Source: Ruditapes philippinarum (taxonomy: Eukaryota). From it: a stretch of DNA of 64,000 nt. The notes beneath the pieces are model-generated. The model was not told the DNA's origin, made no database searches, and saw only the letters and a list, made by a program, of their open reading frames with translations. The translations under genes were made by a program, and so were the position numbers. The stretch lies in assembly GCF_026571515.1 (NCBI RefSeq), contig NW_026855015.1:1-64000 (forward strand), given 5' to 3'. This document shows, in pieces, positions 25,320-39,387 of the stretch. Every line of letters begins with the position of its first letter. The first letter of the stretch is position 1.

Positions 25320-26095
25320 AAATTCTTAAACAGGAGATAACTCTTGTATTAAAGATGCAATTTCATAAAAAATTTTCAGCTCTTTTTGACTAATCACAAA
25401 TATTGTTATATTTGCCATGTTTTAAGCCTATTTGTTGCCAAGGCAACTGATATTTTTTCAATATAGGAAGAACAGATAAGACATGCATAACCTCAAGACT
25501 GCCATCTACCCATATGTCAAGTTTCATAAAAATATTTCCAGTACTTTTTGAGTTATCACTGGATTTAATTTATGTGTAAAATTTGCCATATTTTCAGTCT
25601 ATGTGTTGCCATAGCAACCAGAATTTTCAACATAGAAAGAAAAGAAAAAGACGTGCATAATCTCAAGACTGCCATCTACCCATATGGCCCGGACAAAAAT
25701 AAAATATGAAAATTAACAAAGGGCAATAACTCAAAAATTAGGAAGTACAGTGTACTGGTTCTTGTGCACTGCACTTTTTCTTAATGAGATCTATCATCCT
25801 ATGAAGTATCAAGTCCATAGCTTTTTTTGTTGAAGAGAAATGGCCCGGACAAAATTAAAGTATCAAAATTAACACACAAAGGGCAATACTCAAAAAATAA
25901 GAACTGCAGAGTACCGGTCCTTGTGCACTGCACTTCGGGTTATTAAAAGAAGCATGCATACCAAGTTTGAAGTCAATCAGACTTATAGTGACTGAGTTAT
26001 GCTCTGGACAAGCTTTAGGGGACGCCGACAACGACACAGACGCCGCCGACAAAAGTAACCCCTATTATGTCACCTTTTCAAGGCGACACAAAAAT
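25320..26095 (+). mobile_element. Helentron/HINE-like element with internal tandem units
   Basis: Repeated CTCAAGACTGCCATCTACCCATATG and GGACAAAA...GGGCAATA units, a (GACGCC)-like microsatellite, and a terminal TGTCACC...GGCGACACAAAAA. Confidence 0.6.
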
Positions 26096-26236
26096 TAGGG
26101 TTCTTTGAAAAAACACTTTCCTTCACTTGATTATTTTCGCTGTGTAAAAGTTTAATCAAATTTCATCAACTCTTTTCCAGTATTTCTCTGGACAAGCATA
26201 ATTAAGTACATGTATAATAAAGGTAGATAATTAAAT

Positions 26237-27460
26237 AAGAGGGCCATGAAGGCTCTGAGGTTGCTCACCTGTATATACCCCCCCCCCCACCCTGCAGGGC
26301 CAGTTTTAATCCACGGGCTTTTATTTGAACAAACTTGGAAGAATCCATAAGAAGATGATTCATGCTAAACATCAAAGCTCTAGTTTATTGGGTTTTTTTA
26401 AAGAAGATTTTTTAAGTTTTTACTAACACATACTGTTAAAAACAATGACAACCCTGGCGCAGGGCCAGTTTTGACCCCAGGGCTTTTATTTGAACAAACT
26501 TTGTAGACACTCACTAGAAGATGTTTCAACTTATAATATAAACTCTAGCTATTTGGGTTCATTAAAAAAGATTTTTGAAATTTTTACTATATGCATATAG
26601 GGAAAATCAATGATCCCCTGGGGCAGGGCCAATTTTGACCCCGGGGCTTTAATTTGAACAAACTTGGTAGACACTCATTAGAAGATGTTCATGCTAAATA
26701 TCTTAGCTCTAGCTCTTTGGGTTCTTTAAAAGAAGATTTTTAAGTTTTTACTATTTGCATTTAAAGAAAATTAATGACCTCCTGGGGCAGGACCAATTTT
26801 GACCACAGGGCTTTTATTTTAACAATCTTTGTAAACACTCACTAGAAGATATTTCATGCTAAATATCTTAGCTCTAGCTCTTTTAGTTCTTTAAAAGAAG
26901 ATTTTTTTAAGTTTTTACTATATGCATTTAAAGAAAATTAATGACCCCCTGGGGCAGGACCAATTTTGACCCCGGGCCTTTTATTTGAACAAACTTGGTA
27001 AACACTCATTAGATGATGTTTCATGCTTAATATCTTAGCTCTAGCTCTTTGGGTTCTTTAAAAGAAGATTTTATAAAGTTTTTACTATATGCACATAGGG
27101 AAAATCAATGACCCCTGGGGCGGGCCAATTTTGACCCCAGGGCTTTTATTTAAAAAACTTGGTAGACACTCACTAAAGGATGTTTCAAGCCAAATATCTA
27201 AGCTCTAGCTCTTAGGGTTTTTTTAAAGATGATATTTAAAGTTTTTTTCTTTCGGTTCCCATGGCAACCAGAGTTCAGCATGGAATTAAATTCTTTGCAC
27301 AATTTTTAAAGGTGACAGCCAAAGGTACATTCTTGTGAAGTTTTGGATGAAATTAGCGTAGTGGTTTATGAGGAGATGTCATTTAAAGTAAAAGTTTACG
27401 GCCGGACGAAAAGGGATCACAAAAGCTTGACCTGTCACTTTGTGACAGGTGAGCTAAAAA
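26237..27460 (+). mobile_element. Helentron/HINE-like element carrying six about 164-bp satellite monomers
   Basis: Left end AAGAGGGCCATGAAGGCTCT...GCTCACCTG, right end TGTCACTTTGTGACAGGTGAGCTAAAAA (subTIR GCTCACCTG/CAGGTGAGC). Monomers start at about 26297, 26461, 26625, 26789, 26956 and 27121. Confidence 0.8.
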
Positions 27461-30400
27461 CTAAGGAATGGAGTTATGGTTCTTTGACACATTGGAAAAT
27501 TCGAGTCGTTCAAGTTGATGTAGATTCAGTGATAGTTTGGAATAAGCATTTTTAACTTAAGGGATATAATTAAAACATGAAGCAAGGTAGAGTTATGTTT
27601 CTTGAACATTGCACTTCCTCTTAAAAGTCTCTATCACTTTGTGAAGTTTACATAAAATCCCTTCAATACATATCTAGTTATATTCATATTTCGGACAAGA
27701 GTGTGAAGGACAAATGTCTTCCTAAGTACAGACTATGTTTTTTTTCCTTTATCAACTAAAATCTCAAAAACACCATTAAAAACATATTTTCCTCCCATGA
27801 GCAACCTTTTTCCCCAAAAGTACAAGTCTGTATGGAATGAACACAGATATTTATCCAGAATATTACTTGAGTCCATACCGACAGATGGTTAAGACCGCAA
27901 CTATATTCTCTCCCTTTCAGGAGCATAAATTATAATAACATGCTAAATCTCTTTCAATTCTCAGGTTTATTACTTATCATTACACCAGGCAAGCTAAGAT
28001 ACATGTTAAAACCACAGGCACTATATACCACATTTACCCATATACGCTCATAATACTATATATAAAGAATAAAGGTCCCTAACGAGAGAAAAATATCATG
28101 CAAAACAAACAAGAACTGTTCGGTAAAAATACACCAGATCACTATTTTATCTTTGTGGTTGTCTCTAGGAATAATGTATCCTATCATAAACACTTTTTAC
28201 TTCATCGAAATCCTACAAAATGCTCCAAAATACGAGCAAGTTTCCAAATTTCACTGAAATGTCATTGCATGTCGTTTTCGACGTCCAAGCGATGCGTGTA
28301 AACAAAGGTGAATTCTGGTCAATTTCTACAAAATCAACGAATAACTGTTAAGATTTCGACATACTTTCTTTAAGGCAACTTGTATACACTCAAACTGCAA
28401 TGTCTTTACTTCACAACTGTCCGACGATAACACTAACAAGCTAAAAAATTAAAAATAATTGACAGCTCTGTTCCAGAAAGTAACCATTTCCTACATTACC
28501 GCACTGAATATAAGGTAAAGTAATGATTGGTTAAGCCGAAAATCCGAGTTTTAACATTTTCCTTCAACACAATGTTCATGACTGGCCTTTACTATTGACA
28601 GGGGATTCAATTCAGACTAGCCCTCTTAAATACTCCAACTAGTCCAAAGTGTTAATGGTGCCTATACAGTTATGATCATTACATATGGAAACTGGAGATT
28701 CCCACCGAGTGTGATGCTTATCTTCATTCGCTTGACAGTGACACATGTCCACCTTAAAAAAAAGCAATAAAAATTATATGAAGTGCAATAATTTGCAAAA
28801 AATGCTTATCTTATTTGTCTCTTCTTACATTAATAATGCAGAGCACTAGATTTGTGTGTCTGTCATACAAAATGACTTTCAATAATACTATTTAAATATA
28901 TTTGAAAAACAATTTCTTTAATAAATACTCATAGTAATACTAAATTCCTTTTTTGTGATATTTTTTCTGACACATGTGCAGACAGTACATTGTGTACACC
29001 GGTCTTACTGACCTGTGTGAAACCATTCTAAGCATGATGCCAAGAAAATTTTGGACTTGTGAGAGGCTGTAAATGACCCCAGATTGATCATAACTTCATA
29101 ACCAAACGTGTAACCAACGCTGAAAAGCATTTGACTATATCTCAATCCATTGAGAAGTGGCATCACTTTGAAATCAATTTTGATTGAAAAAATCGAGGCA
29201 AAATAGTGATTTTGGGCAATTTTGAGATGTCCCCTCGTTGCCATTGTAACAGAAAATTTAAGCCTGAGCATGTTGTTGCAAGGGCAATGGTCCAGTCAAC
29301 ATTTGTGCCAAGTTTGATTAGTGTTGAAGCAGTTTTTATAGTATTATAGCAATTTGAACTTGTAACGGGAGACTTTTCAATGAAAACAGCCATTTTTCAC
29401 AAAATGCTCATGAAGTAATGGGTTAAGAAATTTTGCATCTTGATTGGGAAAAATATTTAGTACCATGTACAAAGTTGTTAATCCAACAAATTGTATATCA
29501 TTCAAAGCATAAAAAATACATAAAAAATTGACAATGGAATGTGTTTTTGAACATCATCTGTCTGGTACCATATTGGATTGAAATGGAATGAAGAAAAATT
29601 GTCAGCTTTGATAACGGGAATTTTGACTTATGATTTTTTTCTAAACTTGGAAAAGAAAAAAAGCATATTTGGCATTATTTGCCACTGGGAATGGGTCTGT
29701 TAATCTGACCCGTGGTGACACTGGTAAAAATGCATGTTTTCATTATTTTTTTTTTGAAAACAGTTTGGTTGGTGAAATATACATTAAATATTATATAAGT
29801 ACCTGTTGTTTGTAATAATCTTCTAGTCTTTCTTTAATCTTATACTGTACTTTTTTCTAGCTACATGTACCAGCCTTTCCAAGTGAATTTTAAAGTAAAT
29901 AATCTTTTATTTCCCTGAAAATATCAATTTAGAGATTTCATTTTCAAAAAAACATCCAATACTACTCTCTTAGTGTGTGTATATACAGAGACATATAAAT
30001 ACATTTTATGTATTTTAACGTCTCTGGTATATACAATGTATATATGTGTCTATACAATGTATATATATGTTTACACTATAATATGATTGTGTACAGCATG
30101 TAATGACATAATTAAAATTTGAAAAATTTATGATAATAAAATATTAATAATATTTCTTCATATCACTCCACAGTATTACCACTAAAATAGAAAATGTTCT
30201 ATCATTTATTATGATATCTTTTTTTTACATGTAGATTTGTGAAAAAAATGTGAATATCAGTAGTGTCAAAAATTGTTAAATCATATAAAATGTCTAATTA
30301 ACACTGATAAATTACTTCAACCATGTATTGAGAACAGGTATAGATCATTTCCAACAGTCTTGCTGTTGTGTTGACATTTTCGCGACATGGTTGTGTGTCT

Positions 30401-31510
30401 GCCTTGTAATCAAGAGGTCTGGGGTTTATATCCCTTTAAGTGCCTGAAGATTTTTCAGGTTAACAATTATCAAGGTGGCAGTGATTTTTTTTTTTCAACT
30501 TTCAAAACAACCTGTGGCTTTATAAATGGGAAACTATAGCTTGATTAATCAGAAAAGAGGAAAAATTTCAACCACTGAAAATGGAATTTACCCATACATT
30601 TAAAAAAAGTGTTACTCAATTTAAAGGGGTTCCATTGAGGTATTTTGTCATGATGGGACTGAAATATCTTTTCCAGATAAATGTACCGTTTGATGAATGT
30701 TTAGAACACTAATCTTTGTACAAACCTTTAGATCATTTGCGCACTTCGTTTTTCCAGAATAATTATTCAAATTGTAAAAAGATGACCCAAAATGAAATGG
30801 CTAGACTTTAAATAGATATCCTGGTTGTACTATCTACCAGGAGTGTAAGCCTTATTTGGCCCACCGTCAGATAATACAAAAAAAATCTAATACAAAATAG
30901 TTATTTTCTGTAGGAGGTACCATTTTTTGATGAAAATAACAAATATCTAAAAGAAATTTTAACTATACATCAAAAAGATAGTTCTGTTAATAACCTCTTA
31001 TGAGTGGCAGCCATTTTTGTTTTTAAGTACTTAATACCAGGAATGACTTTTAAGCAATCAATAAAAAGTTAAAAACATATGTAAATGGTCCATTGCTGTT
31101 AATGATACTAAAGTTCTATTCAATATTTATCAGTCATCACACAGTAAAAGGGTAATAATTTGATAAGCATTTGCACACACATTCAAAATATCATGATGGG
31201 TCCAAATTGTTAGCAATATTACTGGTTTTTATACGTAAAACACATTTATGTGAATAGGGTTATTAAAACTTTGAATTTTCTTCAAAAAATGCTATATTTT
31301 GTATGAAATTAATGTGAAAAACACTTGCATACAAAAGAATTTTTTTATGTAAGTATTGTTTGTAATATCTGGACATTCCCGGTACAAAGTACCTCCCGGT
31401 ATAAAGTACCTTGAGGATATATATAATAATTTATAAAGGTCAAAATAAAATTATTCTGAAATATTCAAGAATGTGCCCCATTTGGTAGAGATGGTAGAGA
31501 TTGTTGTAAC

Positions 31511-31595
31511 GGCCGTGACTAGTCCTATAACATAAGACGTTTCCGTTCATACAGTATGAACGGAAACGTCTTATGTTATAGGACTAGGCCGTGAC
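31511..31595. mobile_element. 67-bp perfectly palindromic mini-transposon with 9-bp TSD
   Basis: GGCCGTGAC|TAGTCCTATAACATAAGACGTTTCCGTTCATAC-A-GTATGAACGGAAACGTCTTATGTTATAGGACTA|GGCCGTGAC. Confidence 0.85.
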
Positions 31596-34500
31596 AAGAC
31601 CAAAAAATTGTAGGCGTATATGCCGGTTTTCCTGTAAAGGCAGACATCTGTGTAATATCAATTTGTAAAATCTGTCGGTTTTGCAGTCTATGTATGATCG
31701 AAATGTCTTGGGTACGAAAGACTCGAGATCTCCAAATTACTTCGAAATTATTTACGAAAGTTTTAGTCCTTGGAAACAAATTGGCATCAATAAATAAACT
31801 TAATATTATTAGTCATCAAATTCATAACATATTTTGCTTTATAACATACCTTATGAGCTTAACAGGCTGATAATTATGCTCGTGAAGTAGGTCGAAAAAT
31901 ATACCGGAAGTTGTCGGATTCATTTAACCTAATTATCGGCTAATTCAGAGACGAATAGATTATCTACATCTCTGGCTAATTCTATTTCAATATCCACTTT
32001 GCAATTATAAACTACAAAATTTATCCGATAAATAATGTCTTTTTCAAAAATTCTGGAATATAATACAAAAAAATGTGATGATAAGGCGGATGAGTAAGTT
32101 AAATATTGCAAGCGGTCAAGCACTATGACCCAATTAATTTACTATCCCATTCATAGAATTATGTGACCTTTCAAATTATATCCGCTACGTTTCTAATACC
32201 GTAATTCAAGCTCAATTGCACATTATTTTCAAAAAATAAATTTCTTGACTCCACTTCTGTTCGCAATAAATCGAAGTTTTCAGAAATTCAGAGCACTATT
32301 TTTCACTCGCGGCGGTTATGCGTCGGTCATGGTCGGGTGATCACTATGAATTCAGCTTACGTTGATATGTTAGAATACAATATAGCATTTAGAGTGGCGA
32401 TGAAACGTCACAGCAGTGGGCGTTACCCTGTATGGTTGGAAATTTCGGGTTTGTAAGTGCACTAGTTGGGACTACGTCCCAACTAAAAACATTGATATTT
32501 CCGTATTAAAGCCTAAGGCCACGTCTACACCGATTCAAGTTTCTTACATGTCAGCTAAATAAATGGTCTTTACCACACATAATCAGGCACAATTTTTACT
32601 GAAATATCTTATTAAGATTGCCAAAGGAAATATATATCTTTGTCCTAACAATGCTATTATGTTTCTATAAAATGTGAATAAAAAGGCGGGAAAATGATGT
32701 AATAAGATAAAAAAAAACAATAGAGCAAATAAATTGTGCAAAATAGAAAATGTGAATAAAAATAGTTTGAGATTTTAAATTAAAGCAATTTTTTATTTGA
32801 TGAAAGTTTTTCATTAAATGAACAAGATAATTTAAAATCTATAGATTATACTTTATATACTTTTGATAAACATATTTTTTTTGCTCTTCTGCGTATCAGT
32901 GTATCGATTTGTTCCTTTGACCAATGCATTGTAAACATTTATTGAAATTCACAGGTCAAGTACACTGAATCAACAACAAAAAGTTTAAAAAAAGTGTAAA
33001 TAACAACAATATCACACCATCGGGGCAGATGCTTTGTGTCAAACCGGTGATATATATCAGTGTCTTGACAGCCAAAAATCTGTAGCAAAATAGAACGTGT
33101 TCTATTTCTTTTGCAAAAAAAAAATATCTTCATGGATGTCACATAATTTCTGTTTAAAAACCATTCAAGAAGGGTGTCTTCATTATCCAATACAAGAGAA
33201 TATGATACTTGCATTCATGACTTGGAAAGGTGTAGACGCGGAACACGCATACGTACTTTATCAGAGTTCTAACATGATGTTTACACGATGATAATCGATT
33301 TGTTTCCGACAAGCCACCAGGCCTGTACCAATAAGAGTGGTATACTCAGGAATGCTCCGCTAAATTGCATTTTTTTATTATTTTATCTTATTTCTATAAT
33401 TATAATTTTAGTTAAAGAACAATTGAATTTCTTAATGTGACCCATTTAATCGAATTTCGTATTCTTAACAATTTTTGATCCTCTCTACACATCGATCGAT
33501 ATGCCCTGTCGTCTGCTGGCTGCCATGATCGATCAAACAGGAGGCGAACCTAGTAAATAATTTGCAGTACGAGTTTGAGGGATACCGTGCACGATTGATT
33601 GTATTTTTGTTTCTTTTAATTAAGAAATATACATGCATTTATTTTTCGACCAACATAACATTAATTATTATTCTCGTACACTGAAGATTCGCATTTTCGC
33701 TTGAACAAATTTGTAAAGCTAAACGTGCGATAACTTTAATTATCGTTTATTTATTGGTATAGGGAACAGATATATTGCAATACACTGAAAATAGACTCAT
33801 TTATTGAGATGTTTTTTAAAAAAAAAAAAATAATGAAGGAACTGTGTGTAGGTTTCGTTGTATAAGCGATGCTGTCGTATCAAATTACACTAGTAAGCAG
33901 TTTAAAAAAACTGAACGACCAATCGCAACTACTCGGCCCTTTCCGTCAGTCTTCGGATAAGGACCTCGAACACAATAGTATGAATACACAGAACGGATGT
34001 GGAATTCAGGTCTAACCTACGCTAAGAAAATAAACCCCAAAATAAACATGTAAATAAATAGTAATTTAATGCTGGGAGTTGTTGACAAGTTAGTTCCAAT
34101 ATATGTAGCATAAGAGTACCGGAAGGGACATTAGATGTCAAATGTATACATTCGTTTTACATTATCTCATCTGAAATCACGTGGTAGAACTACTTTATAT
34201 TATATATATATATATTATAGATAACAGCCGAGGCAGTTCCGAATGACTGAACGACAAAGGAATATTGAAACTTTTTCCAATATCGTCTGCTTTTCTAAAC
34301 ATATTTGTCAAGAATGAGACGTCGTCGTGTATATATTTACATGATTTGCTATAGAATCGATCATTTCATTATATATAGATTACACTCAGCTTTATAAAGA
34401 TAGGACCCGGGAATGAGCTCGGGAAATAGTGATCGAACAGACTGTTAAAGAAGTTGTAAAATACATTTCCGGTGAGTCATTTTATTTGCTTTAAATTACA

Positions 34501-35175
34501 TACAGTATTTGAAGTCGCATTTTTGATGTCATTAACTCATACATGTAATATCGAATGCATGATTGTGAAAACATTTTTACAAATGTAGGAAAAACAACGA
34601 CATTTATACAGTATTGTGATACCGATCAATCATCACTTTTGACACATAATGGAGAAATCTCAATGATTATAAAAAAACATTACTTACTGTCTCATACGCA
34701 TAGTAAGTTCGAACGCTGTACAAAACAATTATGCTTCACGTTCAAATTGTTGACAAATTTCGAGCCTATTCGAGCCATTTCAATTTCTAAACAATGTAAT
34801 AAGTAAATACTTAAAAAATTTTTGCTTGGATATTAAGTCACATAGACAATTAAAAGAAGAAATAGCATCTGAAGTCCGAAAAAGATTATATCTTTACATC
34901 TACTTTACAGCTCAATTGGTATATAGAGAAAAGACATCAGCTCTCTTTTCTGCATAATTTCAGACATCTCACTTGGTAGCTTACTCACACTCTAGGAACT
35001 TTTGGCGACAAAATACAAACGATTTAAGTTCAAGGACTTCAACAACTCGGCCACGAAGCTTATTTCGATTTTTGTTTTTGTTTTAGAGATATTTCAAGTC
35101 AATTACTTAAATCAAAGAAGCAGCACATAGACAACCTTAAATTATAACCATTTTATTTCTCAGTGTTTTAATAAT

Positions 35176-38100
35176 ATGCCGAGACAAAAGTTTGAAGACG
35201 TAGCTGGTGGTGACACTTTGTTAGTTGACGTTGTGGATGAGGAAAATGGATACAGACAATGTACTTTTAGTTTTACGTTTGAACAACATCAGGAAAGTTT
35301 TAACAATATCCCAAACATAAAATGCCATGATGATGACATTATTCTCAACTCATATCCAAAAACAGGTACATATATTGAAATTGTTAACTTGGCCCTCGAT
35401 TTTTGATCGGTGCCCAACTGCATGTCTGCCCGGTGATGATGCGTGATTGGGCGCATGGCTACCATGGACGTTGCCGTCCTTTGTGGAACATATTTGTTAA
35501 ACTTAAACCATAAAGTATAAACAGTTGTGCTGTATGTATATATTTAAGCTCAGTCTGGTTTATTGTATTTTCTTAATGGGAATAAATCAATCCATCTTTT
35601 TTCGGCTATTTCCGTCAAACTTCGGACAAGTTACTATGAATAATAGCCGAGATGGTCCGATTTGAGAATAACTGACTTAAAAGCATAAATGTAGCTTATT
35701 CTTGCCGTGGATATAGCTTCATTAGAAATATAATTAAAACAACAATTGTTTGCTAGTCTGCAAAACATTGAAAAGCATCGCATGTCTTCAATTATATTGT
35801 TTTATAGTTCATTTTTGTCGCATGATTTTTTATAACATTTTGAAAGTTTCACAATTATAGCTTTTCTGTGAATTAATTTGTTCAACTGATGGTCTGGGAA
35901 ACATCAAAAGTATATGGTCGTTCAGTTAATTCGATAACAATTCTGAATTGCAAGGTTTTCCTGTTAATATTTTGTAACCAGATTAATTATTACCAGACCA
36001 AATATCAAGGCGAGTTTTCATTGATGCCATTTCAATTCCCTTTTAATGTTACATCTGAAAAAGATGACAATAGAGTTTGAAATATCTTTTTATAAATCTC
36101 CCATAGATATGTTCTTTAATTTTAATATGGTCCTTTTATCTCTGTATTTTATTCCAAATATACATAATGTTTTGCATAAATGTAAATATAATAATGCACA
36201 TTTAAGAATTTAATACACATAATAGCACGGAAGCAATTTTGATACACGTAACGCGGAGATTTGATTTAATAAACATAACGCAGATAATCATAAGTTACGT
36301 TGTATCTTGTTCAGGAACACATTGGCTATGGGAAATGCTTCAGATGGTAATTAAACAAACGGCAGAAGTGTCAAATGCAAATAAACTTCGTGAGATGATT
36401 GAAGCTTTTCCGACGGAAGTTGTAGAGAATTTACCTTCTCCAAGAGTTTTAAATACACACTTGAAAATAAAATATCTGCCAAAGGTAAGATACATGCATT
36501 TGGTGTTTTGCATTGCTAAAATTTTACATTATAAGTTAATAGCTTATACAAAATTGTTTAATAAAATTAATATAATAACAAGGGGCTATTCTCATTTGGT
36601 TCTATGTTACACCATGATATACATTATAGAATTATACAATTATTTGGAGGTCTATATTTTATAGTTTTCGGACCTGAGGAAAATTTATATTGACCAAAAT
36701 CAATAGTCCGAAGCCGATATATCTTTGATCAAGTGAGAACAAAACAAACTTCCCCCTTGTGGCTTAGGGGTTGCCTTGACGGATTGGGGCACCAGTAAGA
36801 CAGACAGTTTACTCTTGGAGTGTCGTAAGAACATGGGTTTGAATTACTTGAGTATATACATATTTTAGCTCCAATAGGCGAAGTGGTTTTGACCCACGGG
36901 GTTGCTTATCAGTTTGTGACACCCGAGGTTAGCCAAAATCATTTTTCCTATTTTGGCGCCATATGACCCAAGTTGTGTTGGTACACCGTAAAACCAAACC
37001 GAACAAACAAACAATTAGAAAAACTAAATACAGACCTCAAGTAAACAAAGTAATAAAGTACTGTTTTATATGCAGGTCGTCAGAGAAAAAAGTTTGTTTC
37101 AGAGTGATTTAATTCCAGACAATGACGTGCATAGGTATACATGTAGGACGTCACAAGTTTTATGTATTGTCGTGTTAAGGAATGATCAAGTGTTTTTAAT
37201 ATGTATGCAATTTATTGAAACTTTTATTGAAATTAAGACATAACTAAAGAGTTTTAAAGAACAGGATGCGTGAAATTTATACTGTATGACGTCAAATTTA
37301 TACTCTATATTGCTTCCTTCCTTGATCTTTCAGGACATCATAAAGAAGAGACTGAAAATGTTTTTGTTACTGAGAAATCCAAAAGATGTTGCAGTGTCTT
37401 TGTACCATCACCTTAAAGGAATCAAATTTTACGAATATGATGGGAAATTTGAAAACTTTTTACGATTATTTCAGAGTGGAGGAGGTATTTGTCAAAGCAA
37501 TTTATTAACATGAACTGCTTCGTGTATCCTTAAACACCAGCTCCAAGTCGAGGGATCATTATTATTAATAGCGACATCACAAAAATAATATTCAATCCAA
37601 AAAATTAACTTTTAATGGATGTGATGTGTCGGAGCATTCAAAATTTTGTATGCATTTTATTTTATCAACCGCATTGTTACATTCTTCTGGTCCTCCGGGA
37701 TTATTGATTACATCTTTAACTCTTTTATATGAATTTCAATGCTCATGTCTATCTTATCTTCAATATTTCATTGATTTAAAATAAAACATCTGTGACAGTC
37801 ACTAAAACTGTTACAGTAATGATATTTCGATTACATTAATATGTTTAAAAATATATTCTTTTGCTTTTAAACGTTGATTTTGTTATGTATTTCAGTTGAT
37901 GGTACTTAGTTTTATTTTTTCATCATCCATAATATATTTCAGTTGATTACGGGTCATATCCCGAATATTTGCGGGAATGGCAGACCTTTATTAAAGAAAA
38001 TCCGGATTTTCCGGTCCATGTTGTATATTATGAAGACCTTATAGCGGTAAATATGATTTATAATTGGTGAAATTATTTTATGAAGACCTGTTCGCGATTC

Positions 38101-39387
38101 AAAGACAACATGTATCATTATAATAGTAATATTAAATTATAGTTTCTTCTTTTACATAAAGTGTTGTGTTTTTTGTCTCGTTGAAATGCTGAAAAAATTA
38201 AAGTAATTAGAGTTAATTTCATATATACACTATAAAAGTGCTTCAAATACCTATTCAAGAATCCAAAAGTTCATTACTTTTAACTTTTGCTTTCAGGATT
38301 GTTTTGGGGAAATGAAGAAGGTTTGCGAATTTCTTGGCAAAGAAGTGAGCTCTGATTTACTGCGACAAATCGTTGAAAGTTGCCAAATAGATAAAATGAG
38401 ACAAGTAAAAGATGAAAAAATGACTGACGAAATGAGACAGGTACAAAAAACTGCACTGAATGCTGACTTTAACATGTTTAGAAAAGGTAACAAGAACCAA
38501 TTTATATTGTTTGAATAGCATATGAAAATGTATGCACTGTGTGGGATAGTTTCAGTTTGAAAATCAGTCTCATGTGTAAAAGGCTTTATACCAGTGAAAA
38601 CTGAAAGCCATGTTCCTGGTATAGTCGAATATATACTAGATATTAAATAAAATAAATACACGAGACAAGTTGTATGCAAAAGGAATAAGAATGAAATGAT
38701 TTATAATATAAAAATAGAATATATTAAAACTAGATCTAGAATTATAAGATTCTGTAACGTTATGGACATACTTTGTACTTAAAGTGGGCAATTTTTGTTA
38801 CAAAAAATGTTCCATATGGAAGTAATAACATCAAAAAGTTAACATACAACAAGATTATTTTGGACATTATATAATAAAATCATCAATATCATTATTTAAC
38901 TCTAACCTAACGTGGACGATAACCCTATGCCAGTAAAGAGCGGGTCAAGCCTGCACATCCATGCATTCTGACCAGACCCTTGACTGTCGGCTGAGTAACT
39001 TAAATTTTCATTTCGATTTCCCAAAAAAATGATTTGAACTTTTCCACGTAGGAAATTCAGCCGGTTACTGTAAGGGTTAATTCTAAAGCCCCTGATTGTT
39101 TAACATGCACTGTGATTTACTACGATGCTTACAGTATCATTTTTTATGCACTGGAAAATCAGGACAACTTTAGATAAGACTTCTTGGTGAAGGTGTTACA
39201 TTTTTTGGATATATTTTCAAAGGACAATATCTTAACATAACAAGTCTTAAATTGGCATCTTTCTATTGTTTCAGGTGGAATTGGAAACTGGAAGAACCGG
39301 CTAACTGTTGCACAAAACGAATATATTGATAAATGGTGGGACGAGGAAACAAAAGATCTCGACATGTTTTCCTTTAAGTTTGTGTGA
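35176..39387 (+). CDS. cytosolic sulfotransferase (SULT1-like), paralog B, 305 aa, 6 coding exons
   Basis: Exons 35176-35365, 36315-36484, 37334-37484, 37943-38046, 38297-38486 and 39275-39387, with sizes identical to paralog A. Motifs YPKTGTHW, RVLNTHL, RNPKDVAVS, FRKGGIGNWKN. An acceptor at 35163 implies an upstream non-coding exon; AATAAA lies at about 39474. Confidence 0.93.
36750..37013 (+). mobile_element. SINE family B
   Basis: GTCGTAAG...GGGTTTGAATTAC...GTGGTTTTGACC...AGTTTGTGACACCCGAGG...GCCATATGACC...CCGTAAAACCAAACCGAACAAACAAAC. Confidence 0.65.
38920..39080. mobile_element. short TTAA/CCC..GGG-ended MITE
   Basis: TAACCCT ... AGGGTTAA ends. An internal CTGACCAGA/GCAGACCATG-type core resembles the region at about 16370-16550. 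Confidence 0.4.

Noticed and set aside
29005-29393. ORFs of 76-88 aa
   Set aside because: No recognisable protein motifs or splice partners. The region looks like a non-coding DNA-transposon fragment ending GTAATGGGTTAA at about 29426.
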